Shown in pieces: positions 24,524 to 35,453 of a stretch of 51,586 bases of DNA. The notes below the pieces were generated by a model. It was not told where the DNA came from, ran no database searches, and saw nothing but the letters and a program-made list of their open reading frames with translations. Position 1 is the first letter of the stretch, and every line of letters starts with the position of its first letter. This stretch comes from Catajapyx aquilonaris (lineage: Eukaryota). Position numbers and translations under genes: made by a program. The stretch spans positions 1 through 51,586 of the forward strand of contig JYFJ02002749.1 of assembly GCA_000934665.2 (NCBI GenBank), written 5' to 3'.

Positions 24524-27500
24524 ATGGACAGGTACAGGAAACTGCGGGTCGTCGGAAGGGGCGCATACGGGTACGTGTCGCTTTTTTTTTTGGTGTATCC
24601 AGGTCTGCACGAACACAATCGAATCACTATAGCTGACGTGTGATATAGTACAGCACTAATCAATATACATTCTGGAGCTGTCATGCGAGCACTAGTGGCA
24701 CCCAGTGAGTACTGTCAAATAGAGAAAGTACCGCTGTTAAGTACTGTACAGTCACTTAGTCTTGGTGATTGAAACTATACACTGCAGTACTGGTATTAGT
24801 CTCAATAAGTACTGTTGTAAATTACTTTGCAATATACCTTCATTTTACCAGGACGGTGCACCTGTGCTGTCGCTTGCCTGACCGTAAGCTGGTGATAATA
24901 AAGGAGATCCCGGTGGAGCAGATGAGCAAAGAGGAGCGGCAGTCTACCTTAAACGAAGTCAAGGTGTTGTCGATGCTGCAGCACCCAAACATTATTGAGT
25001 ATTATGACAACTTTTTGGATGAGAGGTCGATGATGATTGTGATGGAATATGCCCCCGGTGGCACGCTGTATGATTATCTGCAGGAGAGGGAAGGGCAACT
25101 GCTTAAGGAAGAGGTGCTTATATTGTTCCTATGCATTGCAACACTCGTCATTTGTAGAAATTGCTTTTTCAAACCATCAATTGATGATGTGGTTTTTCAG
25201 GAAGTCCTACACCTACTTGCTCAGATTGTACTCTCACTTCACCATGTCCATGGGCAGAAGATTCTTCATCGTGACCTCAAGACACAAAATATCCTCATGA
25301 ATGAGCACCATGATGTTGTCAAGATTAGTGATTTTGGAATATCAAAGATACTTGTCAGGTAATGCATAATTTAATTCCCTCTAAAATCTGGAGAAAGTGT
25401 GTAAATTCAATAACTAACTCATTTTATAATTTAAAAAAAAAATCAATAAAAGCTGAAGCAATCTTTTAGCACAATAATAAGTCTTAAATGCAAATCTCTA
25501 CAATCCAAAAGTTTTAATAAAGAAAATATCAGTCTTGGATGGAGCTAACAGCACAAGTTTCACATGGGAAGAGGGAATCAAGTAAAGCACTAAATTTCAA
25601 GCCGACGATGCAAGTCTAGTTCATTATAAATAATTCCATTGTTTTCCAGCAAAAGCAAGGCATACTCAGTCGTTGGTACCCCCTGCTATATATCTCCTGA
25701 GCTGTGTGAAGGAAAACCATACAACCAAAAGAGTGACATGTGGGCCTTGGGTTGTGTTCTGTATGAACTCCTCACCTTGCAGCGTGCCTTTGAAGCAGCT
25801 GTGAGTTTAATGTCCAAAATTTATAAGGACCATGTTAATGACCAACACTGATGCATTCCAGACCTTGCCAGCACTTGTGATGAAAATCCTACGGGGACTA
25901 TTTGCTCCTATAGCTTCGAGTTACAGCCAGCCTATGCACCAGTTACTTCTAAGCCTCTTGCACTTAGATCCAGCCAGACGCCCCTCAACAAATCAGCTGT
26001 TGGCCCATCCCCTCCTGATCATACCAACGCATCAACTATGCTTCGAACTGGGCAAACTTCCATGTGTCCCAAAGTACGTTCATGTGTGTATCCAGAAAGG
26101 CCTATTACCACCATATGGTTCTGTATTTTTTTTTTAAATTCTTACCTCTATTATAAGCTAACTTTTCATGCGTTTGACTGCAAGCTGCTACATGCATAGA
26201 GTTGTATTCTTGTGGACTTTTGCATGGGGGCCCTAGGTACAAAATCTCTGTAAACGTGAAGCAGTACCTCCACAACTAAACACGTGGTTTTCAGGTGTTC
26301 ATTCCTCCTTATTTACCAGGAGTCCATGAGAACACAGCTCATTGCAAATGGCAGGGTACTGCACATAATATTTTAATTATCCGGATTCCTTGGATTCCCC
26401 ACACCTCTGACAGGGAAACCGTTTTGATATCTTCACTTTCATTTGACGATATAGTGCCACTTCATACCATAAAATTTTGCCTTTGAGTGATTTGTCATTA
26501 CTTCTATTACAGGTCCACCTGGGCCATGTCAACTCTGGCTCCAGATGCCCAGGAGCATGTGAAAAAAGCCAGACTTTCTGGATCTGCTTATGAGCAATTA
26601 GGATCACCCTTACCAAAAGGAATGGTGTTTACCTGGGGTGGAAATTTTTCAACACCAACACAACTTCTACTTCCGGATGTCAAGTCAGAAATAATTCAGG
26701 TCGATCTCAGCCGCACACATGGAGTTTGCCTAACCAAACCTGGAAGAGTGTTCTTTTGGGAGGTCCGTGAAACTGTTCTGTTTGGTTTAGCATATTCCCT
26801 GATTTAACAAGTACCACAATGGTACAATATTTTCAGTTGGCTGGACCCATACCATTGACAGGAATGGAAGCATCTGAAGTCCAGCCTGAGATCTCTTGGA
26901 TGGAGGGTCAAAGTGGAGTAAACATCACGCAAGTTTCTTGTGGAGACCTGTTCCTCTCATGCATAACAGGTGTGACTTATTTGTTACTATTGGCAAAAAC
27001 TAGATGCTGACATTTCCTAAGATCTACCCAAGATGTGTACCTATTCCCAAAAAATAGGCACTCAAAGCACTGTATTACATACAGATAGCATTGGGTATGT
27101 CTTAGTAGAAATATTCACCAAGACAATTGACACAAGCTCCATCGCATACAATATTGCAGTTTCAGAAATTCAGTACATTGCTTTTAGATAGAGGAATGAT
27201 GCTGACTCAGGGAAGTGGTGCAGCAGGTTGCCTTGGCCATGGTGGAAAGGACAACCTGGCCCAGGCCAAAATTGTTGAAGCTCTACTAGGATTTGAAGTG
27301 GTACATGTGGCCTGTGGGGACTGCCATGTGGTGGCTATCACAAGCGACGGGGAGACATTTTCATGGGGACAGAATGGAAGAGGTAAGCCCGTAATTTTGG
27401 GGATATTAACATGGCACTCACTTTCTCCTTGTTCATTCAAAAAAGGCCAATTAGGATTAGGCTCCAAAACACGTTCAACCCAACTCCCCAGGCAGGTGTG

Positions 27501-28588
27501 CCTTCCAGAAAGGACCTGGGTCAAGCAGGCTGCGTGTGGACCTGATTGTTCTCTCCTCATCACTGCTGAAGGGAGATTATTGGCAGCAGGAAGCAACAGG
27601 TTAATAACATTTTTTCACATCAATAATTGACCCAGGAAAAATTTCCTCTGCATTATTAAGCAGCTCTTAAGGGCCATGCAATCCCAAAAAATATTAGTCT
27701 TTTCAGAAATAATGTTACCTGAATGAAAAAAAAGACCGAGCTTGTACCTTTCATCCATGCACATTAATGCTTCACATAATGTCATTTGGTAGTGATATTA
27801 TGTGCTTGGGCATGCAATAATTATAATGCCAGGATTCCTTTTGCTCCTTTTACTGTAAATTTATCTCATGTCAGAAGCATTTACATGGCTCTTGCTGATA
27901 TTTCAGTTACAACAAACTGGGATTGGACACTTTCATGGAGCAGGAGATGAGCCAAGAAGTTGAGGAATCTTGGACCTTCACAAACGTTCAGTCCCACCCT
28001 TTGCCCAACCTGAAGGTTACATCTGTGGCCACTGGCATGACCCACACGGCTATAATAACTGGTAAGCCTATGATTATGCAGAACCTATGAAATTGGAGAT
28101 GAGAAACAGCCAAGTTGGTTCAGTTTATAGGAGAAGTGACATCTCGTACAATATTTTACAAATTTACTGACAATTGAGCAGTGGTAATCAGCATTAACAC
28201 CAGCACACCACTCCTGTACATGAACTATACGATCCTCTTTCTTATCACAGAGGAAGGTCTGCTCTTTGCATTTGGAGCAAACCAATTTGGGCAGCTGGGG
28301 CCTCTGGCTGCCCTTGGGAATCATAGTCGCCAGGTCATGCAGGTTCCAGCACCAGACTGCCCAATAACCAATGTTGCGTGTGGCGACACATTTACCGTGG
28401 CAGTGGATCAGTCGGGTCGTATCTTCTCATGGGGGAGTCCATCCAGAGGACGTCTGGGTTGGGGAGATGCAAAGAGCGAAATGGGGAAAGTCGGAGTAGC
28501 AGCTCTTCCTGCCAGTGGGCAAGGTAGGAAAGTGCTAACACTGGCAGCCAAGCACAGCAACACTGCAGTGGCACTTGGCAGCTGTTAA
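24524..28588 (+). CDS. NEK8: Serine/threonine kinase NEK8 (NIMA kinase + RCC1 repeats), ~684 aa, 11 coding exons
   Basis: Exons 24524-24570, 24852-25113, 25201-25358, 25650-25800, 25862-26073, 26513-26762, 26837-26969, 27188-27382, 27446-27599, 27907-28061, 28251-28588 (2055 nt, phases consistent). Kinase motifs [61 protein letters not shown]1 repeats ([35 protein letters not shown]). Confidence 0.95.
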
Positions 28589-28854
28589 TATTAGTTTTAA
28601 AAATTACCAAAGTATGCACAAAAATATATTTCCATAATTGAAAATAAACACACAACATTCGTTCCATCTCACATACCAAAATAAATGCAACTTTTGTTTT
28701 CGCTTCTCTACCTCATGACTTTTTCAAATTTTTATTACCAAAGCATCATGATCACAAAATAATAAAAGGAAAGAGATTGTGTAGTAATCTGTTCTTACCA
28801 TACAGTACTCAAATAAAAATAAGCATACATCAAACAACATCTTACATCATACCA

Positions 28855-30571
28855 TCACCCCATTGCCATGTCTTCCTCCTCCTCTTCTTCCACCATACCA
28901 TCTGAAAACAAAATTTAGTGTGAACATTTTAAAAGGAGCATAACAATTAACACCAAATAATTATTACGCTTACTGCGGCGAGTTTCTTTTCCTGGAACCT
29001 GCCCTGCTCTTAGCAGATGATTCAAACGCTCAATTTCTTCCAAGGAGGAGGCCCTGTTGATAGCTTCCTTGATGGCCTGGATCTCCTCTTGTGACTGAAC
29101 AGCAGATGGGGCAGCTACTAACAGGGACAGAGAAATATTAAATTAATAACACGCATAGTGCATGAAAGTGGAGCTCTTGCAACCAGTATTGCTGCAATTC
29201 AGTCCTTGGGCTGTCAATCACACTGCATTTAAAACTCAGGCAGATGCACACTTTTTAATATACAGGGCGTTCCAACTGAAGTGTCCTTAATAGTGGTTAG
29301 CAATTTCGGCATTAAGGTGCTTATTTTTAAGAACTCATTTTTTGAACTGATTCGTAGAATTGCCTGGTTGTATCATTTCAAAAAAAGATGAATCATAACT
29401 CACCAACAGCTCCAGGTTTGGGTACTTCTAGAAGGGCTGCACCAGGTACAAATGTTTTTGCTTTGGTTGCAATCTCCTTTTGCAACTCCTTGCCCTTCTT
29501 GCTCTTGAATAATGCCATTGCTTCGTCCCTTTCCTGGCAAAATAAACAGTTGTCATTCAGTTTTACTGCATATGGTCATATGATCTTTTTAGAAATCCAT
29601 TTAACTCGGCAACACTCCATTCCCTGCCATCTCTTCCTTCCCCCATGATCAAGCATAGAACTGCCTCATTCTTTCCATTGTCATTGCACAGTGGGTGTAC
29701 AGTATGTCTGCATTGTAGAGTGAACCCCAGATAAGAAGACCAGTACCTTCTGCTTCACTTTCTGGAAATCCAGCAGGCGGAGTGAGGACAGCTTGTAGAT
29801 AATATACTGGCGGTAGTGTGCCTTGGTTGTTATCGGATTGTGAAGGAGACTCAGGGTATGAAGGTTCTTCAACGGAACCAACGGATCAATGTCACTTAGC
29901 TCCTGCAGCAAGTTTCCAGTCATGACGAGGCTCTCCAGGTTTGGCAGGCACTCCTCCAAACCTTCAGCAATCCTCCTGAAAGGTAACAAGAAATGTAAGT
30001 ACCACATTACTCCACCTAATGCGGCATGGAGTGAGCATAAGTGTAATGGTTGAGGGGTTAGTCACTTGATACTATAGTGTACGATGGACTTTGACCTGAC
30101 TTCAAGGACTTCATACGTGAGTAACGTGACTAACCATGGTAGGATAAATCGTGTTTACCCACAAATGAACATGACCAACATCTCGAGTATGGCCCACACA
30201 TTGAAAAACCCTCAACTTACACAATCCTATTGTTGTTGAGCAGGAGACACTTGAGTCGCTTCAGGAGCGGAAAGCCATCCAATTTCCTGATGTCATTCTC
30301 GGAGAAGTCAATGGTGTCGAACTGATCCTGTGGGTACGTTTCATTGCCAGATGAGTCTACATTTTAATGCAAAGGAGGGGGCCGTCCAGGGGCAGGGTTT
30401 GGGAATAAAAGTGACGGGACATGAGGTGAGGCAGGCGGGCAAACTCACGAGAGTGGCTCCCAGGTTCTCGATGACCGGTATCTTGTACCCGCGCAGGGCC
30501 AGTTCCCTGTCTCGAACCGGGTTGATGTACTGGAACGACTGCTGGATCAGCTCTGGAGTCAGCTTCACCAT
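28855..30571 (-). CDS. SNRPA1: U2 small nuclear ribonucleoprotein A' (LRR), ~259 aa, 6 coding exons
   Basis: Minus-strand exons 30571-30449, 30327-30221, 29975-29747, 29533-29404, 29117-28974, 28901-28855. Reads MVKLTPELIQQSFQYINPVRDRELALRGYKIPVIENLGATLDQFDTIDFSENDIRKLDGFPLLKRLKCLLLNNNRI...AIKEAINRASSLEEIERLNHLLRAGQVPG. Confidence 0.96.
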
Positions 30572-31175
30572 GATTTCAGCTCCTTTCTGAAGAAACAATT
30601 CGACGCACACGACGCCACAGATTTCACTCGACGCCGGTTTAACACGAGACGGGGCCTACTGCCTGTGCAGCACCTACAATATTCCCGAGTGGAGGATTCG
30701 GTGCGCAATTGAGCCTGATGTGCACTTGACGCTTCTGCACATTTAACGTTGGAATTATGCTAATTGAAGGGGGGGGGGGAAGTGGGATTAAACTATTTTA
30801 TTGCGCGGGGGTGTGGGCTGCGCGCGCATCCGCCCGCATTCCAGCATCCCTCCCCCACTCCCTGTGTCCACAATGATCATGATCTGCTGAGAAGTTCTTG
30901 TTTTGTTGACAACGGGATGTTGCATAAGTTCCAGCTGGGTGACAGGTGAATCCGACGTGCCAATCAGGTCCGTACTACTGGCGAAGCCGGAGAGTACAGC
31001 TTAATTAGTTTGACTAATTAGCTAAAATCAGATGACAGCTGTCAGCGTGCATATTCACAACAGCTGGTCTATGTTAGAGGCCATGTGAGCCTTTGTCTGA
31101 TGGAGAAGTGTAAAGTGGATGTGTCTCGTTGCAGATAAGTTGTAATGCTCGACAGTTGGTGCTCCGGTTGACCCG
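30572..31175. promoter_or_regulatory. Divergent promoter region SNRPA1/DFFB
   Basis: Start codons are ~600 bp apart in head-to-head orientation. CpG-rich, with CAGCTG E-box palindromes (TGACAGCTGTCA ~31033-31044). Confidence 0.6.
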
Positions 31176-33304
31176 ATGAAGGGCTACAAGGTTGCGTCGT
31201 ACAACTTGACCAAACGCTTTGGAATATGTGCCAGTAACCTTCAGGAACTGATCAGGAGGGGATGCCTCAAGTTGCAGGTAAATTATTATCATGGAAGATG
31301 GTAATATCTCAGGGTGTTATTCAGTTTGCAAAGGGCGGCAATTAAAAGGCACATAGCAGCATGGTGATATCACTCTTGACAGTCGACGCCAAAGATTTCC
31401 CATACATGAATAGGTCTTTAAATTGACATTTAGTATTTCAATTTTAAAATGTCAATTACAGAGTGCAGAATTGTATTCCAAACAAGGGCAGGATTTCCCA
31501 TTAGGCACAATAGGCAATTGCCTCAGGGGGCCCACCCTCCAGGGACGGCCAGGGTTTCAAAGAAAATTTTTTAAAAACAAAATAATACGCATGAAATGGA
31601 GGTGAAAACACAATTAAACTTTTTTTATATTATTTTTTGACATTTTGAAGCTGGATATAAACTGCCAAGGGCTGCCAGGGGGGTAAATCCGGTGTTGATT
31701 CTGAATATTGTGGTGGTGAAAGATATTTTATAGCCATGATGTTTCTCCTACTGGAATTATTTTAATTGTTATGTAGATCCCAAGTGAAGAGGGCGTTCAA
31801 GTGTTGCTCTTGGATGGGACTGAAGTGGAAGATGAAGAATATTTCCAAGCACTCCCTGCACAAACTCTCTTCATTTTCGCTCAACCTGGACAAGTGCCTC
31901 TTGCAGGTAATATAGGCTTTGAAGGATGAGACTGTGAAATGTTCTTCGCATTCTTATTGTCATGGAAAATGCTTCTTGGATTTCTGCGGAGGTATTCAGG
32001 TTCTCATACCTGTTTTCTCTCTCTCCCACTTTTATTTATGATTATTTTTTTTCAAACAGGCTTTTCATTTTCCTTTCTTAGGCTCTTTTTTCCTCATTGA
32101 TTGCCTTCGAAAAGTGCACAAAAGTTTCGCAGATGCTGCTGACCAGGCCAGGGAACTACTTAGTGACCCTCGGGTTATGAAGAAAATGTCTGCTGCATTG
32201 GGATCTCTTGACCGTCACCATCAGTGCATGGCTAGCTCCAAGAAGGAAGATCCAGACTGGTTCCTAAGTATGTTATGTGGATCTACTGGCATGCAGGCTA
32301 AAGCTTATTGGGAGATTACTGCCTTGTTTTTCTCGCAATATTTAGCAGCTCCTTTTTGAAGAATTTCAGAAAGGGACACTAAAATTATATGTTGCTTGTT
32401 TTGGGTCTAGAGGAGGTTGTCAGAATGCTTGTTATGTATACGCCCCACCGCATTCTCTTTGCAGATCTTGACACTGGGTGTCAGACAAAGGAGGCATTTT
32501 TATCCCGCCGTGCAAAGGAACGAATGCGGAACTACTGGTGGAAAACCAAAGAGCAGGCATTAAGAGAGGCAAAGACATCTGGGGAGCGGTGCAAAATAGA
32601 GTCCATTCTAGATAGTTTTAGACAACGGCTGGTCCGTTTGGGTTACAATGGACACTATTTTGATCGTTCCTCCAAGCTCCCAGGTCGGCTGTGCTCAGCT
32701 GTGGGGGATTTCCAGTGCGAGGGGGAGTGGTCTCAAAGCAGTTGTATCTATCAGGAAGATTTCAACCACAATTCAGAACAGATCCACCTCGTCAATCCCT
32801 ATGTATCTCGGGAGCGAAGGATTTTATTCTCCACCTGGAATCTAGACCACGTGTAAGTTTAGTTTTATGTATGTGCAAATATGAGTATTGTCTTTTCACA
32901 TTCTTTACTTGAACTGCAGGAGCATAATGTTGACAAGTGCATTTCATTGTGCAAGTGCATTCTTCATTATTATGCACAATAATTTTGAAATGCTGTATTG
33001 CTTCTTCTTCCTGACGGTTGCTGTTTTACCATATTTCATGTGCTCTAGTGACACTAATGCAGTGTTCCCTTATTTGTTTAGTGTGGAGCGATCCAGAACA
33101 GTGATCCCCTCCCTGATGGAAGCAGTTCGTGGTAGCCATCAGAGAGCTATCAACACAGATTATTTCTTTGATCTGATCTTCACTCGCAGAAATCTTCGCC
33201 TGGTTCACCCAATCTGCCATGACAAACGTGGGCACCAGGGGAAGGCCTGCAATCCCATTCTCTACTACCTCCCTCTCAAAGAGAATAAAAAGAGGCGTAT
33301 CTGA
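31176..33304 (+). CDS. DFFB: DNA fragmentation factor subunit beta (caspase-activated DNase, CAD/Drep4), ~342 aa, 5 coding exons
   Basis: Exons 31176-31277, 31777-31906, 32082-32267, 32465-32852, 33082-33304 (1029 nt). CIDE-N domain (KRFGICASNLQEL...DGTEVEDEEYFQALP); EDPDWF; nuclease region LCSAVGDFQCEG...HLVNPY...RILFSTWNLDHVVERSRTVIP...NLRLVHPICHDK; basic tail KENKKRRI. Confidence 0.93.
31483..31697. mobile_element. Old hAT-like MITE in DFFB intron 1
   Basis: Degenerate TIRs CAAGGGCAGGATTT / AAATCCGGTGTTG; near-identical 8-bp flanks ATTCCAAA (31475-31482) and ATTCTGAA (31698-31705); internal TAGGCA..TAGGCAATTGCC motifs. Confidence 0.5.
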
Positions 33305-34862
33305 AACTCATGCCTCGCGAACTCATACTTCCATTTGTGTATCCAAATAAGTAGTCCAGCACATATAGATTTAAGGAGCTTAAAATGTAGACAGAGATGT
33401 ATTAGTAGCCAGGCTGAAACTGGCAGGATTTTCTTTCTTTTTCATCTTCTTTATATTGATACTGCTCTGAACATTATGCCGAAGACTGTTTAAAATTGAT
33501 GCATTCCTTGGTCAATTGCATGCTATGTAGAGTTTGTTACTGAGCCTAGTTTGGATGCGTTTGTCTTCTGCTCAGTCTCTTGTGGGCCTCTCCCTAGACT
33601 CTCTCTAGATAGTCTTTCTCCTATTACGCTGAATTACGTGCCAAATGGTCATTATACTGTGATGATTACTTGACAGACCAAGAATAATTTTTCTTTAGGT
33701 GAAGTGGAATAGGAGCAGATCATTGAAAGAAAGGGTGATGATTTTAGAGAAAGACTTGTATGCCAATATGCAAAAGTAGCACCACAAGTACTGTTAGCCA
33801 AAAGTTATTGGGGGCACATATTCTTTCACATATCTAGTGAGCTTCACTATAGTAGGTTGCCCCCTAACGTGTCAGGGTGGGGGTTTCTGGCAACGCCCCC
33901 TCTTGCCCCCCGCCGCTCCCTACCTCCTCTACCCCCTACCTCCCGCTGCCTTCTACGTCACGTCCCTCCGCCACGCAAACCTCTTCAGCCCCACTGTGAT
34001 GACAATTAAACTTGGAAATATTGATAACGTGAATTGTTGTGACGCACATCTTAAAGCAAACCTTTAATGACAATTTGTACCCATCCCCACTTCACCTCGA
34101 CTCCTCCATCCCCCCTCCCCCATCCGAATCCAGGCACGCCATTGGCTGGGAGTGTTGGGAGGATGGACTGCCAAGTTAACCCGCCGGGGACTATACCTAC
34201 AGCACATGTACTGTATGAGGTGTGCAGCACATGTAGCTCTTGAAGGATACGTGATAGAAATAGTGTGTTCAATAATATTTGGTCAAACACCCACATATGC
34301 AGTAATATGCCCCACCTGACTATTATTGTGAAGCATGCTCAAAGAACATTTATATGACACACAGCAGGTGAATTTGTTAGATTCTGTGAATTATGGAATT
34401 CATTCCTTATCATTGCATTTAATGTTTGCTTTTTGTCCTTAACCTTTCCGATTGCTCTTTCTTCAGCATATGTTCCATCCGACACCACATTTCTATATAT
34501 CGTGTGAATCATAATTTAGCTGAAATCTGCAGAAGTGTTGCAGACTCTCCTGTTGGTGTTTCCAAACCTGCTACATTTTTATCAATCAGGGGAGCCAAAC
34601 ATGCACCTTCTCCACGCAACCCCTCTGAAACACATCTCCCTTTCCTCCTCCCTTCATGCTCGTGGTGCCAACAGGACTCCTGGTAATGTGTGACATTTCT
34701 GCGGATACGTATGTAAGCTAAATTCTGAAACACATGGTATGTTAGGGCAAGAGCTCTTCGTGTACAGTACTCCTGCATGAAATGTTTAGGTGAATTTTAA
34801 ATTGGAAAGGTGTGACTGAGAGAGTGCAACACTATGTAGACATTTGTGATATATGTTTCTAA

Positions 34863-35453
34863 CAAGGGAAGGTCACAGGGTGATAATGACGGATCTTGAT
34901 GAAATTTAACATGCTAATAACCAGGACAATATATGATACCCAAAAATGAAATATTTCATGCGGAGGCCCATATTTGCAAAAGTTATGACGTCTTAAAGTT
35001 CCAAAAATAATACATTTTCATTCATAAGGGAATTACATTAGCGACCACATAAAGACCACATTGACGTGTGTAATCAGTTTCTACACTTTGTCTCATCGGA
35101 AAAAGTCCTACATGACGGCTCTGTATCTCTTACGGTTTAGTCCTTGATACCTGTCCACAGACGGACAGACGGACAGAGCCGTTCTGTTGGACTTTTTTCC
35201 GATGAGAAAAAGTGTAGAAACTGATTACACACTTCAATGTCATTATATGTGGTCGCTAATGTAATGTGTAATGCTAGTGTAATGCTAGTGTAATGAATGA
35301 AAATGTATTATTTTTGGAACTTTAAGACGTCATAACTTTTGCAAACATGGGCCTCCGCACGAAATATTTCATTTTTGGGTATCCTATATTGTCCTGTATT
35401 AGCAGGTTAAATTTCATCAAGATCCGTCATTATCACCCCGTGACCTTCCCTTG
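34863..35453. mobile_element. Foldback MITE with ~260-280-bp inverted arms, TAA TSD in a CTAAG target (Tc4/Tc5-like Tc1-mariner/pogo group)
   Basis: Begins CAAGGGAAGGTCAC and ends GTGACCTTCCCTTG. Arms pair from the termini to ~35124/~35173, with a ~50-bp loop. TAA at 34860-34862 and 35454-35456. Confidence 0.9.

Noticed and set aside
30960..31025. Hairpin CTGGCGAAGCCGG followed by CAGCTT, resembling a Helitron 3' end
   Set aside because: Lacks the CTRR terminus and an identifiable 5' TC end; too short to call.
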